64,000 bases of DNA from a virus (taxonomy: Duplodnaviria; Caudoviricetes): positions 13,567-77,566 of IMG/VR virus record IMGVR_UViG_2974703250_000001. One strand, written 5' to 3'. Positions within the stretch are counted from its first letter, which is position 1. Every line of letters starts with the position of its first letter. The notes beneath the pieces were generated by a model. It saw only the letters and a program-made list of their open reading frames with translations. It had not been told where the DNA came from and made no database searches. This document shows positions 10,729 to 20,141 of this stretch, piece by piece. The translations under genes were made by a program, and so were the position numbers.

Positions 10729-10733
10729 GCCGC

Positions 10734-11906
10734 ATGGCTCCATTGGGACAGTTAACGGTTAATTCCAGTCCTGATGACGTAGCGGAAGCGATTATCAAGG
10801 AAACGATTGCGCGCGGGTACACGCGCGATGAGTCGATTGCTTGCGATTCGACGCTTAGGCAGGAATCCGGGCTGCGAATGGTCTGGGACTCAAGTAAGCG
10901 CTGGTTCGGCTACGCACAGCAGGACGCTAGTTATTCAGACCGGATGGACCCGAATGGGAACCTCCGGGGGTTCTTGAATCGGTTGGACGTTAAGCGCAAG
11001 AGCGCGGGGGCGTCACCGGATATCTGGAAGAACATCTTTTGGCTACAGCAGCGTCCGGGAGAACCGACTGCTGACATCGCTTACGCGAATGGACGCAAGG
11101 CGTATTTGACGGAGATTAAGCAGCACGTTGCGCAAGCGACTGCTGACTATGAGAAGTATTCGGGGGGTGGTGTTGTCGTGCCAGATAATCGGCCCGACTT
11201 CAACGAGTATTCGATTTGGAGTCCGAACTATTCATCGCGCGGTGGTGTTAAGCCGACGATGTTCCTTTTGCATACGCAGGAGGGTGATGGTAACGCGGAC
11301 TCGCTGGCGAAGTATTTCACTTCCGCTAGTCAGGTTAGTTATCACTACACGATCAGTAAGGGCGCTAACGACGACGGCGTGACGGTCGTGGATTGCGTGG
11401 ACACGGATTACGGGTCGTGGTCGGTTGGTAACGCCAACTCGGTTTCGATCAATCTGTGCTTCGCGGGCTCTAAGGCGAGCTGGTCGCGTGAGCAGTGGCT
11501 TGTTAAGGCTGGCCGCGCTATCGACGTGGCCGCGTATCTGGCGGTCCAGGACGCTAAGAAGTACGGCTTCTCGACGCTGGTTGTGCCGCCGCCGTACACG
11601 AACGGCAAGCCGGGAATCAGCGACCACCAGTGGGTCACGAAGGTGTTCGGCTGGGGGACGCACACGGACGTGGGTCCGAACTTCCCTTGGGACGCCCTGA
11701 CGGCCTCTGTGGCGAAGTATTTGGGCGCTGCGGTACCGGAGACCCCGGCGGGCTTCACGTACCCGTCTACGGACGTGATGATCCGCGAGATTTGGGAGCA
11801 GCTACGCGGGCCGCAGGGCAAGGGCTGGCCTCAGCTCGGGCAGAACGCCAACGGGCAGAACCTATCGCTGGTCGACGCTATCGCGGAGCTTAAGGCGGCG
11901 GCCTAA
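10734..11906 (+). CDS. lysA: Lysin A (N-acetylmuramoyl-L-alanine amidase endolysin)
   Basis: Amidase-2 residues LLHTQEG, SYHY, SINLCFAG and HTDVG; C-terminal IREIWEQLRGPQGKGWPQLG cell-wall-binding motif. Confidence 0.92.
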   Translation: MAPLGQLTVNSSPDDVAEAIIKETIARGYTRDESIACDSTLRQESGLRMVWDSSKRWFGYAQQDASYSDRMDPNGNLRGFLNRLDVKRKSAGASPDIWKNIFWLQQRPGEPTADIAYANGRKAYLTEIKQHVAQATADYEKYSGGGVVVPDNRPDFNEYSIWSPNYSSRGGVKPTMFLLHTQEGDGNADSLAKYFTSASQVSYHYTISKGANDDGVTVVDCVDTDYGSWSVGNANSVSINLCFAGSKASWSREQWLVKAGRAIDVAAYLAVQDAKKYGFSTLVVPPPYTNGKPGISDHQWVTKVFGWGTHTDVGPNFPWDALTASVAKYLGAAVPETPAGFTYPSTDVMIREIWEQLRGPQGKGWPQLGQNANGQNLSLVDAIAELKAAA

Positions 11907-12928
11907 TGGCTGCCGGGCCGGACGGCAAGTGGATTGGCTACGGGCTGGGGGACTCTGGTCTCCCAGTCCTTAACGCCATCCAGAAGCTAAAGGCGAAGTT
12001 CTCTTACGCGAAGCAGTTGGTGGAGACCACGCTCTACACCGACGAGCTAGTGCCGGTGCTCGTGGAGTATCAGCTCCGGAAGAACGTTGAGTTCTGGGCT
12101 GCCGGTAAGAAGCTGTTGCGGACGGACGGGATTCTCGACTACGCCACGCAGGTAGCGCTAGGGGTGGTCGCTCCGGCTCCGTTGGTCAAGCCGCTGTTGT
12201 TCACGGTTCACGGCACGGGGCAGCCGGTGTCAGATGGGCCGGGCCTGCCTGCTGACACTGCACGCGCGGTGCTCGACAAGTGGGACTGGCAGCCTATCGG
12301 TAACTATCCGGCGAATCCGTTCCCCATGTGGCCGTCGATTCAGGATGGGGTTGAGGAACTTAGGGTCCAGATTCGTAAGGCGCTGGCCGCTAACCCGAAC
12401 CGCAAGCTCGGTCTGGCGGGGTACTCGCAGGGTGCCATCGTGGTCTGCCTGGTGTTTAAGTACGACTTCCAGGCTGAGGACGGCGAGTTCCACCAGGCGT
12501 ATAAGAACGGGCAGCTTATCGCGGGCGTTACGTGGGGTAACCCGATGCGTGAGCGCGGCGTTCAGCACGCGGATAACTGGAAGGAAATTGCGCCCGCTGA
12601 CACGTGCGGAATCCTTGACGACCTTATGGTCGATACCCCGTCGTTCTGGCGTGAGTATGCCCATAAGAAGGACATGTACGCGGCGTGCGAGTTGAACCAG
12701 AACGGCGATAACAAGCGCGCTATCTGCAAGATCGTTATGTGGCATGACGTGCTTAAGGGGCAGAACAGCATTATTGCGCAGATCGCGGAGCTTCTACAGA
12801 AGCCGGTCCTGTATGTCATTCCGTTGTTCCAGTCGCTTATCGACGCGGGCATGTTCTTCGCGGCTGGGCTTAACTCGCCTCACGCTTACGCGATTGGCCC
12901 GGCCATTGATTATCTAAGGAGTATTTAG
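11906..12928 (+). CDS. lysB: Lysin B (cutinase-like mycolylarabinogalactan esterase)
   Basis: FTVHGTG, GYSQGA nucleophile elbow, GNPMR, D and H catalytic candidates; N-terminal peptidoglycan-binding-like segment. Confidence 0.92.
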   Translation: MAAGPDGKWIGYGLGDSGLPVLNAIQKLKAKFSYAKQLVETTLYTDELVPVLVEYQLRKNVEFWAAGKKLLRTDGILDYATQVALGVVAPAPLVKPLLFTVHGTGQPVSDGPGLPADTARAVLDKWDWQPIGNYPANPFPMWPSIQDGVEELRVQIRKALAANPNRKLGLAGYSQGAIVVCLVFKYDFQAEDGEFHQAYKNGQLIAGVTWGNPMRERGVQHADNWKEIAPADTCGILDDLMVDTPSFWREYAHKKDMYAACELNQNGDNKRAICKIVMWHDVLKGQNSIIAQIAELLQKPVLYVIPLFQSLIDAGMFFAAGLNSPHAYAIGPAIDYLRSI

Positions 12929-13378
12929 TTGTTGGTATATGACGAACAGTTGCCAGTTCTGGACGACTCATTCGAGGGGTCCGAGGTAGCTATTTTGGCG
13001 GTGCGCGGCGGCAAGGTCGATAAGAACTTCCGCCGCAATTACGCATGGGCGAAGCACGCGGTTGACCGGGGCGCGGTCCGCAAGGTTGTTGTCGTCGTGG
13101 GGCTGGGCCGGGAATCTTGGGTGCATACCGTTGGCGCGGTCACTTCGGCACTTTCCGGCGGCAAGCTGCACCAGGGCGCGCGGTTCAAGGTTGATTCGGA
13201 GATTAGCGATATCGGCGGGGAGAAGCTGACTCAGGTTCTCGCTGCACTGAAAGAGCTTGAGGGGCCTAAGAACGTATTTGTGCTTAGTGATCCGAAGGCG
13301 CTTGCAACGGTGCAGCAGAAAGCAGCCGCTCCGGCCAAGGCCAGTGCTCCCGCTAAGGATGTTAAGGACGGTGAGTAA
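12929..13378 (+). CDS. Hypothetical protein in lysis cassette
   Basis: 149-aa ORF abutting lysB and the putative holin. Confidence 0.55.
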   Translation: MLVYDEQLPVLDDSFEGSEVAILAVRGGKVDKNFRRNYAWAKHAVDRGAVRKVVVVVGLGRESWVHTVGAVTSALSGGKLHQGARFKVDSEISDIGGEKLTQVLAALKELEGPKNVFVLSDPKALATVQQKAAAPAKASAPAKDVKDGE

Positions 13379-13692
13379 TGAAGATTTTCGGGCACAAGCC
13401 CAGCGAGATTCGCAAGGCCCTGATGGGGTTTGCGTCGGCGCTACTGGTGCTGCTCATCGCGCTGCCGGTGGCCGGGCTGCCGGTGGCCGTATCTGCTGCG
13501 GTGGCAGGCGTGGTGTCGTTTCTTGTGGGCGTGAGTGTGTACCTGTCAAAGCCGAACGTAGCTGCCGTTATTGATGCTGCGGACAATCTGCCGGGGGACT
13601 ACCCCGACGATCTGGAAGCGCAGTTCGCGCCGCTTGTGGGCTGGCTAAAGAGCCTTCTGGGTCGCGTCGTCGGCCTAGTTAAGAAGCAGTAA
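13378..13692 (+). CDS. Holin
   Basis: Two hydrophobic helices, charged C-terminus, located in the lysis cassette. Confidence 0.7.
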   Translation: MKIFGHKPSEIRKALMGFASALLVLLIALPVAGLPVAVSAAVAGVVSFLVGVSVYLSKPNVAAVIDAADNLPGDYPDDLEAQFAPLVGWLKSLLGRVVGLVKKQ

Positions 13693-13698
13693 GCGCGT

Positions 13699-14118
13699 AT
13701 GGAAGCGGAGATTGTGAAGCTGATGACCGAGCAGTGGCCCGGTTGGGTAATGCTAGTCATCGCTGGTCTGTGCGCGCTTTATCTGGCGGTCCGCTTCCTG
13801 TCGTTAACTTTTGAGTCGGTGAGTAGGGCGCTGGGGCCGATTGGTAATTACTTTCGGCGTCGGCGCGCTATTACACATGCTGAGGCAGACGACATGCGGG
13901 AACGTATCGAATACCTGAATGGTCGGGTGGAACAGATGCTTTACCGCGATCAGTGTTATTTCGCGTACGTGTTAGCGGATACGGAGTGGCATCGTAGGCA
14001 TGAGCTAAAGGCAGCGGCGTTGGGTTGGGCGTTTGAACCGCACGTCTCATTCCTTGAGTTCCGCGACCGGTGGATGCGCGAGCGTGGACTAGATAAGGAT
14101 TTGGACATTTGGAAGTAA
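13699..14118 (+). CDS. Membrane protein (lysis accessory)
   Basis: N-terminal TM helix followed by a coiled segment; follows the holin. Confidence 0.6.
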   Translation: MEAEIVKLMTEQWPGWVMLVIAGLCALYLAVRFLSLTFESVSRALGPIGNYFRRRRAITHAEADDMRERIEYLNGRVEQMLYRDQCYFAYVLADTEWHRRHELKAAALGWAFEPHVSFLEFRDRWMRERGLDKDLDIWK

Positions 14119-14372
14119 CGGTTTACTCACCTTCGGCACCTTGTACCGGTTGCATGGCTACTAAGCTAGCGCTAAAGAAAGCGGGCATTCCGTTTCAGCC
14201 GGTAATCGCCAGCGAAGAACAGATCGAAAGGTTTAAGGCGGATGGTCATTCCGCGTTCCCGGTTGTTGTGGTCGATTGCGGCGACGGCGCTACATGGACG
14301 TGGAGTGGTTATCGACACGACGACATTAATCGACTAAAGGAACTGCGGCAGGATAAGCCACTTGCGGCTTAA
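14109..14372 (+). CDS. nrdH: NrdH-like glutaredoxin
   Basis: VTVYS...CTGC..TK..L...GI.F and FPVVVV...WSGYR motifs. Confidence 0.88.
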   Translation: MEVTVYSPSAPCTGCMATKLALKKAGIPFQPVIASEEQIERFKADGHSAFPVVVVDCGDGATWTWSGYRHDDINRLKELRQDKPLAA

Positions 14373-14380
14373 ATAGACTA

Positions 14381-14435
14381 CGGGCACTCGCGCTCCCCTC
14401 TTTCCCCTGGGGTTGAGCGCGGGTGCCCGTTTTTT
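14381..14435 (+). terminator. Intrinsic terminator ending the late operon
   Basis: CGGGCACTCGCGCTC...GAGCGCGGGTGCCCG hairpin followed by TTTTTT. Confidence 0.85.
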
Positions 14436-14559
14436 GACGTTTAGGTTAGTTTGCCGATGCTAGGGGAGAGGACCGCTTAGTGTCGGCCAACCGATCCCCT
14501 CCTAAGGATACGGTACCGACGATTCGCTAAGTGTCAAACCGCCATCGCATGTACCCTGG

Positions 14560-14970
14560 CTACGCGGGGACGGGTTTACGGCCTCTAACGACTGCTGCGC
14601 CGATGATGGTCAGCACCCCGACGCCCACAAGCCCGTAGAACACGAACCGGTACGGCGCTAGCTTCTCGATGCACTGCCCGGCCAGGCTCTCGCTGTAGGC
14701 CCCGTACCGCATCCGGTTCTGAATGTCGCGGTTAGCGACTTCATCGCTCACCGGGTGGACATAGTTGCCGCACTGGACGCTGCCGTAGTTGGTCGACACG
14801 GACGGGCTGTACTGGCTCACGTACAGGCCCGCCGCGACGAGGATCACACCGACGATGCCGACGAACCATCTAGGACTCATGCGGCGCATCCTAACTTCCG
14901 CCAAGCCTCCTGGTGGGTCTGAATTAGCCAGCGGTTGATCTTGGCGTAGTCCGGGTGGTCCGGCAGGCAC
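14560..14970 (-). CDS. Membrane protein, two TM helices flanking a Cys-pair loop
   Basis: Hydrophobic segments at both ends; true start probably the ATG near 14880-14890. Confidence 0.6.
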   Translation of the reverse strand: MPAGPPGLRQDQPLANSDPPGGLAEVRMRRMSPRWFVGIVGVILVAAGLYVSQYSPSVSTNYGSVQCGNYVHPVSDEVANRDIQNRMRYGAYSESLAGQCIEKLAPYRFVFYGLVGVGVLTIIGAAVVRGRKPVPA

Positions 14971-15614
14971 GTGGTGGCCTCTGCCGCTTGGATCAACCCG
15001 CGCCAGTCCGCGATGTCCTCTAGAGCCTGTTCCTTGGGCACCTGGCCGTTGCGGACGCTCAGCAGGTAGTCGCGGCGCAGCTCGTGCATGGGCATCTCCA
15101 TGTACCCGGTGGTCAGCATTTCGTGGCCCTGCATGAGCAGCCGGATAGCGTGGAACGCTGCCTTGGTGTCGTAGCCATGCTTGGCGATTAGCTCGGGCCG
15201 GTTGGTCCGGGGAGCCTTCTGGCCGGTGAGCCGGGCTGACATGTTGTCGGCGTAACCGATATGCCGGGCGACCAGCCGCTTAGATAGGAACATGTACCGG
15301 TTAGCTTGCAAACCGATGTGATCCGGCACGGTGAGGTTTGGCGTGTACAGCAACGTCAAAACGGTGGGGTTGCCCTGCGCGGCCAGCTTTGCGTATTTAC
15401 GCAACCCGTAATAAGTGGTCTCGCTGTCGCCCGCCTCAGACTTGACACCTTCGGGCTTGTCCCGGTCGCGCACCGCGCCTGTCTCAGCCGCGAGGCCGAT
15501 TAGCGATTCTGGCGGGTCGAGGTAGATGCCGATGTAGTCGTGGTCTGAGTCTTCGTTGTGCAAGCCGTGGGCAACCGATCCGATTTCACCCACTATCACT
15601 GGATTAATCTCCAT
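14877..15614 (-). CDS. Pol-beta superfamily nucleotidyltransferase (RlaP/PF10127-like)
   Basis: GSVAHGL...SDHDYIG NTase motif, GNPTVLTLL, GYDTKAAFHAIRLL, and LPDHPD..KIN C-terminus typical of this family. Confidence 0.85.
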   Translation of the reverse strand: MEINPVIVGEIGSVAHGLHNEDSDHDYIGIYLDPPESLIGLAAETGAVRDRDKPEGVKSEAGDSETTYYGLRKYAKLAAQGNPTVLTLLYTPNLTVPDHIGLQANRYMFLSKRLVARHIGYADNMSARLTGQKAPRTNRPELIAKHGYDTKAAFHAIRLLMQGHEMLTTGYMEMPMHELRRDYLLSVRNGQVPKEQALEDIADWRGLIQAAEATTCLPDHPDYAKINRWLIQTHQEAWRKLGCAA

Positions 15615-15692
15615 GTGCTTCCCCCTTAACGTAAGCTAGCCCTGGCGCGCCCCCTCCCAAGAGCGCCACCAGGGCCAGCATTCGGTTGGTCC

Positions 15693-16163
15693 TTAGGACG
15701 GACCGGCGGATGAAAACGCCGGTTCGTCTTTTTTGACGGTCGGTGCCTTCTTGGCCGGGGCCTTTTTCGGTTCCGGCTTTGAGGGTGTCTCGTCGATTTC
15801 GTCTCCCACGGGCGAGCCTGCCGCCTTCCAGGCCCGGACAATCTCTGCGGAGACGCGGCCCTTCGTGCTCACGTCGGGGAATCCGTTGCCCTTAGCCCAC
15901 TTACGGATATCCGCGAGAGGCAGGCCCGGTTCGCCACCGGAGGCCGTTGTGCCGCGTGCAGTGCGGCGACGTGCGCTACCCGCTTTGCCGACGCGCTCTG
16001 CAATCTCGATCCACTTGGACATGTCCTTGTCGAACTCGGCAGCGTTTTTGCTTGACAGGTCCATGCGGTAAGCCACGCCATCGACGGAAAATTCCTTCTC
16101 GGTGTCGGCTTCCAGGTCGGGGTCCAGGTCGTCAAAAACGGTGACGGTTACTCGCTTACCCAT
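15693..16163 (-). CDS. lsr2: Lsr2-like nucleoid-associated protein
   Basis: KRVTVTVFDDLD...EFSVDGVAYRMDLS dimerisation domain and IRKWAKGNG..VSTKGRV DNA-binding domain. Confidence 0.9.
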   Translation of the reverse strand: MGKRVTVTVFDDLDPDLEADTEKEFSVDGVAYRMDLSSKNAAEFDKDMSKWIEIAERVGKAGSARRRTARGTTASGGEPGLPLADIRKWAKGNGFPDVSTKGRVSAEIVRAWKAAGSPVGDEIDETPSKPEPKKAPAKKAPTVKKDEPAFSSAGPS

Positions 16164-16167
16164 GTCG

Positions 16168-16398
16168 CTAATCCTTTCGTATCGGGTACGTGCTGTGTAC
16201 GGACATTAATTCACGTAATTGCTTAATGTCAACAGGGATACCGTCTGCGGTCATTTTGCCGCGATACCTCATGCACTCGCATCGTTCCCCTTTGCGCTTA
16301 CGCCCGTGGTAGTGGCATCGCCAGCCGCCGCCGCGCTCGGGTGCGTGTGATGCGCGCCCGTGACCACAGCTTTCGCACAGCGGCCAGCGGATTCTCAC
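16168..16398 (-). CDS. Small Cys/His-rich (zinc-binding) protein
   Basis: CESCGH..SH...C.....CECMRY pattern; 4-bp GTGA overlap with the upstream small ORF. Confidence 0.55.
   Translation of the reverse strand: MRIRWPLCESCGHGRASHAPERGGGWRCHYHGRKRKGERCECMRYRGKMTADGIPVDIKQLRELMSVHSTYPIRKD
16203..16232 (-). promoter_or_regulatory. SigA-like promoter for lsr2
   Basis: Minus strand TTGACA-18 bp-TAATGT; a GTAC-N7-GTAC site lies just downstream at 16186-16200. Confidence 0.65.
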
Positions 16399-16523
16399 GT
16401 GCGTGCGTCCCGGTTAGGCGCGCAGTAAAGGTGCCATATTTTCGCCCAGCCGCGCCCGTATTCCTTGTAGAAGTGGCGCGCTGGCACTTCGTGTCCGCAC
16501 TTGACGCAGGTCGTGTCGCTCAT
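16395..16523 (-). CDS. 42-aa CxxC protein missing from the ORF track (MSDTTCVKCGHEVPARHFYKEYGRGWAKIWHLYCAPNRDART)
   Basis: Read by hand; GGAGA RBS upstream; stop overlaps the next start (GTGA). Confidence 0.55.
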   Translation of the reverse strand: MSDTTCVKCGHEVPARHFYKEYGRGWAKIWHLYCAPNRDART

Positions 16524-16638
16524 GCGCGCGTGTCTCCTACCGCACTTAGGTAACCACTAGTTCTCTGATCTGTTCGCTTACTCAACGTGAGTTGCGTTAG
16601 GGAGAGGATTAGGTTTTCGTTTCACAACCACATCTCAA

Positions 16639-17043
16639 GGTGACACTAGGTGGGTTGTTGTCGTCGCCTTAGTCGGGAACGGTACTAGCGACTCTCCTTG
16701 AAGAATCTTCTGCGGTTTTGCGATCTTCTGGAAATCTTAAGAAATTTCCTCATGGGAACCTCAGGCCCGGAAGTGGCCCCCGACATGTCCGCAGGTACAC
16801 GCCCTGTACAGCCCTGACCTGCGCCGACAGCGTTCTTAGTTGACACTTTTGGTGACACCTGACGAGAAAAAGCCTCTGACCTGCATGTTCTTAGCGGCAT
16901 CAGGGGATTAAAAGTCCGTAGAGGCAGGTGCTATCGTGCCAGGTGCGACATGTCAAACACGCAGCTAAGCGGGGTTTAGCACGCCTGTGCAGGCTTATGC
17001 AGGCACCGCGTAGTTGACACCTGTTGTTGACACTAGTTGACAC
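16639..17043. other. attP region with integrase arm-type repeats and candidate core at 16905-16921
   Basis: Non-coding gap before int. G(T/G)TGACAC repeats at 16639, 16839, 16851, 17013, 17026 and 17036. Core reverse complement CTACGGACTTTTAATCC is a tRNA-Lys(UUU) anticodon arm. Confidence 0.8.
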
Positions 17044-17057
17044 CTGGGAGGGTTCAG

Positions 17058-18365
17058 ATGGCCGAGACCGAGGAAAAAAATAAGAGGCGCAAGAGGGGTG
17101 ACGGAGGTCTCACTTACGACCCAAAGCGCGGCCTGTACATCGGCACCGTATGGGATAAGTGGCCGGACGGGAGGCCGCGCCAGCGCCGCGTCTCGTCAAA
17201 GAAAGAATCGGTGGCCGTAACGAAGCTGAACACGCTTCGCGCGGACGTTCTCAGCGGCAAGGCCGCGACGACGAACAAGACCATGACGGTTAGTGAGTGG
17301 CTGGACAAGTGGCTGGTGATCAAAAAGGCTGAGGTCCGGCCCAAGTCCTACGACAGCTACGAACTCGCGGTCCGGCTCTATATCAAGCCGCACATCGGGG
17401 ACAAGCGGTTGTCCAAGTTGACGGCGGCTGACGTGCGCGCCATGCAGACGGCGGTACAGAAAGGCACCAAGGGCATTAAGGGGTCTACCCGGAGCGCTCA
17501 GAAGGCCCACCAGACCCTCAACATGGCCCTCACGCAGGCCGTCCACGACGAGCACCTACACCGCAACCCATGCGTAGCCGTGAAGTTCCCCAAGCATGCA
17601 AAGAAGCAGCGTGGCGTGTTCGAGACGAGCGCGGCGGTTCACATTCTGCGGACGGCGGCGAAACGTGACGACGAGGACGACGCTAAGCGGCCTAAGCTCG
17701 CGTCCCGGTGGGTGGCCGCGTTTATGACCGGCGCGCGGCAAGCCGAGTGCATCGGTTTGGAGCTGGACCGTATCGACTTCAAGAACGACGTTATGGATAT
17801 CTCGTGGCAGTTGCAGCGGCTTTCGTATGACCACGGCTGCGGAGAGCCCGACGCTGACGGTAAGTACCCGTGCGGGCGGGTGCGAGTGGGGTACTGCCCG
17901 ACCCGCAAGTTCAACCCGCCACCCGGATTCGAGTACCGGCCCTGTCATCACTCGCTGTTCTGGACCCGGCCTAAGAGCTACGCCGGAGAACGGGTGGTTC
18001 CAATGGCACCGCTACTGAAAGAGTCGCTTAAGGTCCATATCCAGATGGATAAAGACCCGAACCCTTACGGGCTGGTGTGGCATCACCGAGACGGTAGGCC
18101 GATAAGCCAAGAGGACGATAACGAACAGTGGAACATGCTGATGGCTGCTGCTGGCGTCGATAAGAAGGCCGGAGAGGCTGTATTGCACGAGGCCCGGAAT
18201 ACGTCAGCGACGATGCTTCTAGAGTCGGGCGTTGACGTTAAGGTCATTCAGCAGATATTGGGGCACGCGTCGATCTTGCAGACGCGGGAATACCAGCGGG
18301 TGAGTTTGGAGCTGAGCAAGAGCGCCGTTAGTAATGCTTTCGACGCTCTGCTCCCGAACCTCTAG
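17058..18365 (+). CDS. int: Tyrosine integrase
   Basis: Catalytic R (TGARQAE), HEAR, LGH and Y (REYQ); N-terminal arm-binding and SAM-like domains; GGGAGG RBS before ATG 17058. Confidence 0.95.
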   Translation: MAETEEKNKRRKRGDGGLTYDPKRGLYIGTVWDKWPDGRPRQRRVSSKKESVAVTKLNTLRADVLSGKAATTNKTMTVSEWLDKWLVIKKAEVRPKSYDSYELAVRLYIKPHIGDKRLSKLTAADVRAMQTAVQKGTKGIKGSTRSAQKAHQTLNMALTQAVHDEHLHRNPCVAVKFPKHAKKQRGVFETSAAVHILRTAAKRDDEDDAKRPKLASRWVAAFMTGARQAECIGLELDRIDFKNDVMDISWQLQRLSYDHGCGEPDADGKYPCGRVRVGYCPTRKFNPPPGFEYRPCHHSLFWTRPKSYAGERVVPMAPLLKESLKVHIQMDKDPNPYGLVWHHRDGRPISQEDDNEQWNMLMAAAGVDKKAGEAVLHEARNTSATMLLESGVDVKVIQQILGHASILQTREYQRVSLELSKSAVSNAFDALLPNL

Positions 18366-19150
18366 ACTGCGCCGTCGAGCTGCTTAGGCGCAGTGGCCTT
18401 AGCGTTGCGCTTAAGCGGCTTCTGGCGGCGTACCGCCCGCCACATGTGAGCTTTCATGTAGCGCAGCTTCCGACGCCACGAAAGCGTTGAACCGACCATT
18501 AGCAGGATTGCGCCGACTGTGGCGAGCCGCCAACCCCAGTTCGTCGTGATGCTTAGCGAAACGATGTACCGGGATGACCAAGCGAGCCCACAGAGCGCGA
18601 AGGCAACCATGTACACATCAATGACCAGGTGTGAGCGTCGGTCGCTGGTGCGGATGCACCACAGGAGCCAGCAGATATGGCTTAGGAGCCACACGTAGCC
18701 GATCAGGACCATTGGGAAGACCAACCAGTGGCTACCGGTGATCCACGCGCCCACGGCGGTTGGCAGGGCGATAGTGGTAGGTAGGGAGATTCGTCGGGTG
18801 ATGTATCGGTGCTTCTGTGACTCGTCCCAGTCCATACGCCCGGCTAGATCGTAAAGAAACGTGCCGTAGGCGAGCATGAGCACGAGATATCCGGCCATGA
18901 CTTGCGGATAGACGCGGCCACTCTCAAGCGCGTCCGGAAGGAACGGGTTGAACGCAACGAGGTTCGGCGATAACAAGATCAGTGCGGCACACATGAGCGC
19001 GCCGGTAAGGGTGGTTCCCGTTTCCCATCGCACGTGCCACGTTCGTCGTCGGATCGCTTGGGTAATGACCGTCGTGACGACGAGTAGAAACATGAGTGCC
19101 CGATCTTCTACGGGTACGACGGCAGCGACATGCGCGAGCTGATGGATCAT
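18362..19150 (-). CDS. Multi-pass membrane protein downstream of repressor
   Basis: About 7 hydrophobic helices; own promoter candidate TTGACG-18-TACATT at about 19245-19274. Confidence 0.75.
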   Translation of the reverse strand: MIHQLAHVAAVVPVEDRALMFLLVVTTVITQAIRRRTWHVRWETGTTLTGALMCAALILLSPNLVAFNPFLPDALESGRVYPQVMAGYLVLMLAYGTFLYDLAGRMDWDESQKHRYITRRISLPTTIALPTAVGAWITGSHWLVFPMVLIGYVWLLSHICWLLWCIRTSDRRSHLVIDVYMVAFALCGLAWSSRYIVSLSITTNWGWRLATVGAILLMVGSTLSWRRKLRYMKAHMWRAVRRQKPLKRNAKATAPKQLDGAV

Positions 19151-19323
19151 GCGGCGGGGAGCCTTTACAAGAGTGGGCTTTTGTTCAGCCCGAAGGGAGG
19201 GAGGTAACGAGTTGATCGCGGTTGCGACTCAGCGCGTTACACGCAATGTACGCACACGCGAGCGCGTGCGTCAATATGCATTCGCAAGGATCTAGCAAAC
19301 TGGCCCGAAAGCCCGAAGGCGCG

Positions 19324-19704
19324 TCACAGAGGGGGTATGTCTGTGCGCGCCTTCGGCTTACTCATCCGGGGTTTCGGTCTTCGGACCACCCTCAAGATCG
19401 TTGCTTGTGGAGGGTTTGCCAGTTCTTCGTCAGCAATTACCTCTCCCTCGCGTTCTAGGTACGTGAGCAGGTCCGTTTTATCTAAGTGACCGAATCGGAC
19501 TAATAGGTCAACTTTGTCTAGGCCGAAGTGGTCGGCCAGCGCCATGAGGTTGGGGATGCTATTGAGCACCCCTTTGTCCCGCTGTTCGTAGTAGGTGGAG
19601 CGGGACATGCCCAGTGCGCCCAGCGCCTCCTGCATGCGTACCTGCCTCTTGAGTAGGTACGAGATGACCACTATCAGGTCGTTGTCTTCATCTTTGGCCG
19701 ACAT
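19324..19704 (-). CDS. Immunity repressor (HTH)
   Basis: Leftward HTH gene (ALGALGMSRSTYYEQR...LMALADHFGL) next to int and divergent from Cro-like and Xis genes. Confidence 0.75.
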   Translation of the reverse strand: MSAKDEDNDLIVVISYLLKRQVRMQEALGALGMSRSTYYEQRDKGVLNSIPNLMALADHFGLDKVDLLVRFGHLDKTDLLTYLEREGEVIADEELANPPQATILRVVRRPKPRMSKPKARTDIPPL

Positions 19705-19716
19705 GCGGACAAGTAT

Positions 19717-19799
19717 GTCCCGTTTTCCGGACCGGCACAACTACCCGCTACCTGCGAAAACAGAATGACATTCGTGTAATTTTGTCCGGAAAATCGGAC
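19717..19799. promoter_or_regulatory. Divergent immunity switch with two GTCC(G/C)-N6-CGGAC operators
   Basis: GTCCCGTTTTCCGGAC at 19717 and GTCCGGAAAATCGGAC at 19784. Confidence 0.65.
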
Positions 19800-20141
19800 A
19801 ACTTGAGACGACACCGGATTGTGATGTGTATGTTTCATCTCGTGCCGATCACAACCGCCTCACAGCCCAGCTACAAGATCGAGTGGATTCCCGAAGCCGT
19901 CGAGAACCTGCTCCACAACCACGACATTCTGAACCGCAACGAGCTAGCTAAAGAACTCAAAGTATCCAGGTCACGCGTCTACGAGACGTTTTCTGAGAAC
20001 TGGTCGGGCCGCGCCAGCATGAGGGTTCTGGAAGCCATGTGCGGACACTTCCGCGTACCGATCAGCCGCATCGTTACCGAGCCGGGTCGAGCGTCTGCCC
20101 AAGCTCGTGCCCGCCGACAGACTGTCCGGAAAACCGTATGA
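19782..20141 (+). CDS. Cro-like HTH protein
   Basis: RNELAKELKVSRSRVYETF HTH; divergent from the repressor; true start probably downstream of 19782. Confidence 0.75.
   Translation: MSGKSDNLRRHRIVMCMFHLVPITTASQPSYKIEWIPEAVENLLHNHDILNRNELAKELKVSRSRVYETFSENWSGRASMRVLEAMCGHFRVPISRIVTEPGRASAQARARRQTVRKTV

Noticed and set aside
16861-16960. Intact or half tRNA gene at attP
   Set aside because: Only the anticodon arm matches; there is no D-arm, T-arm or acceptor stem on either side.
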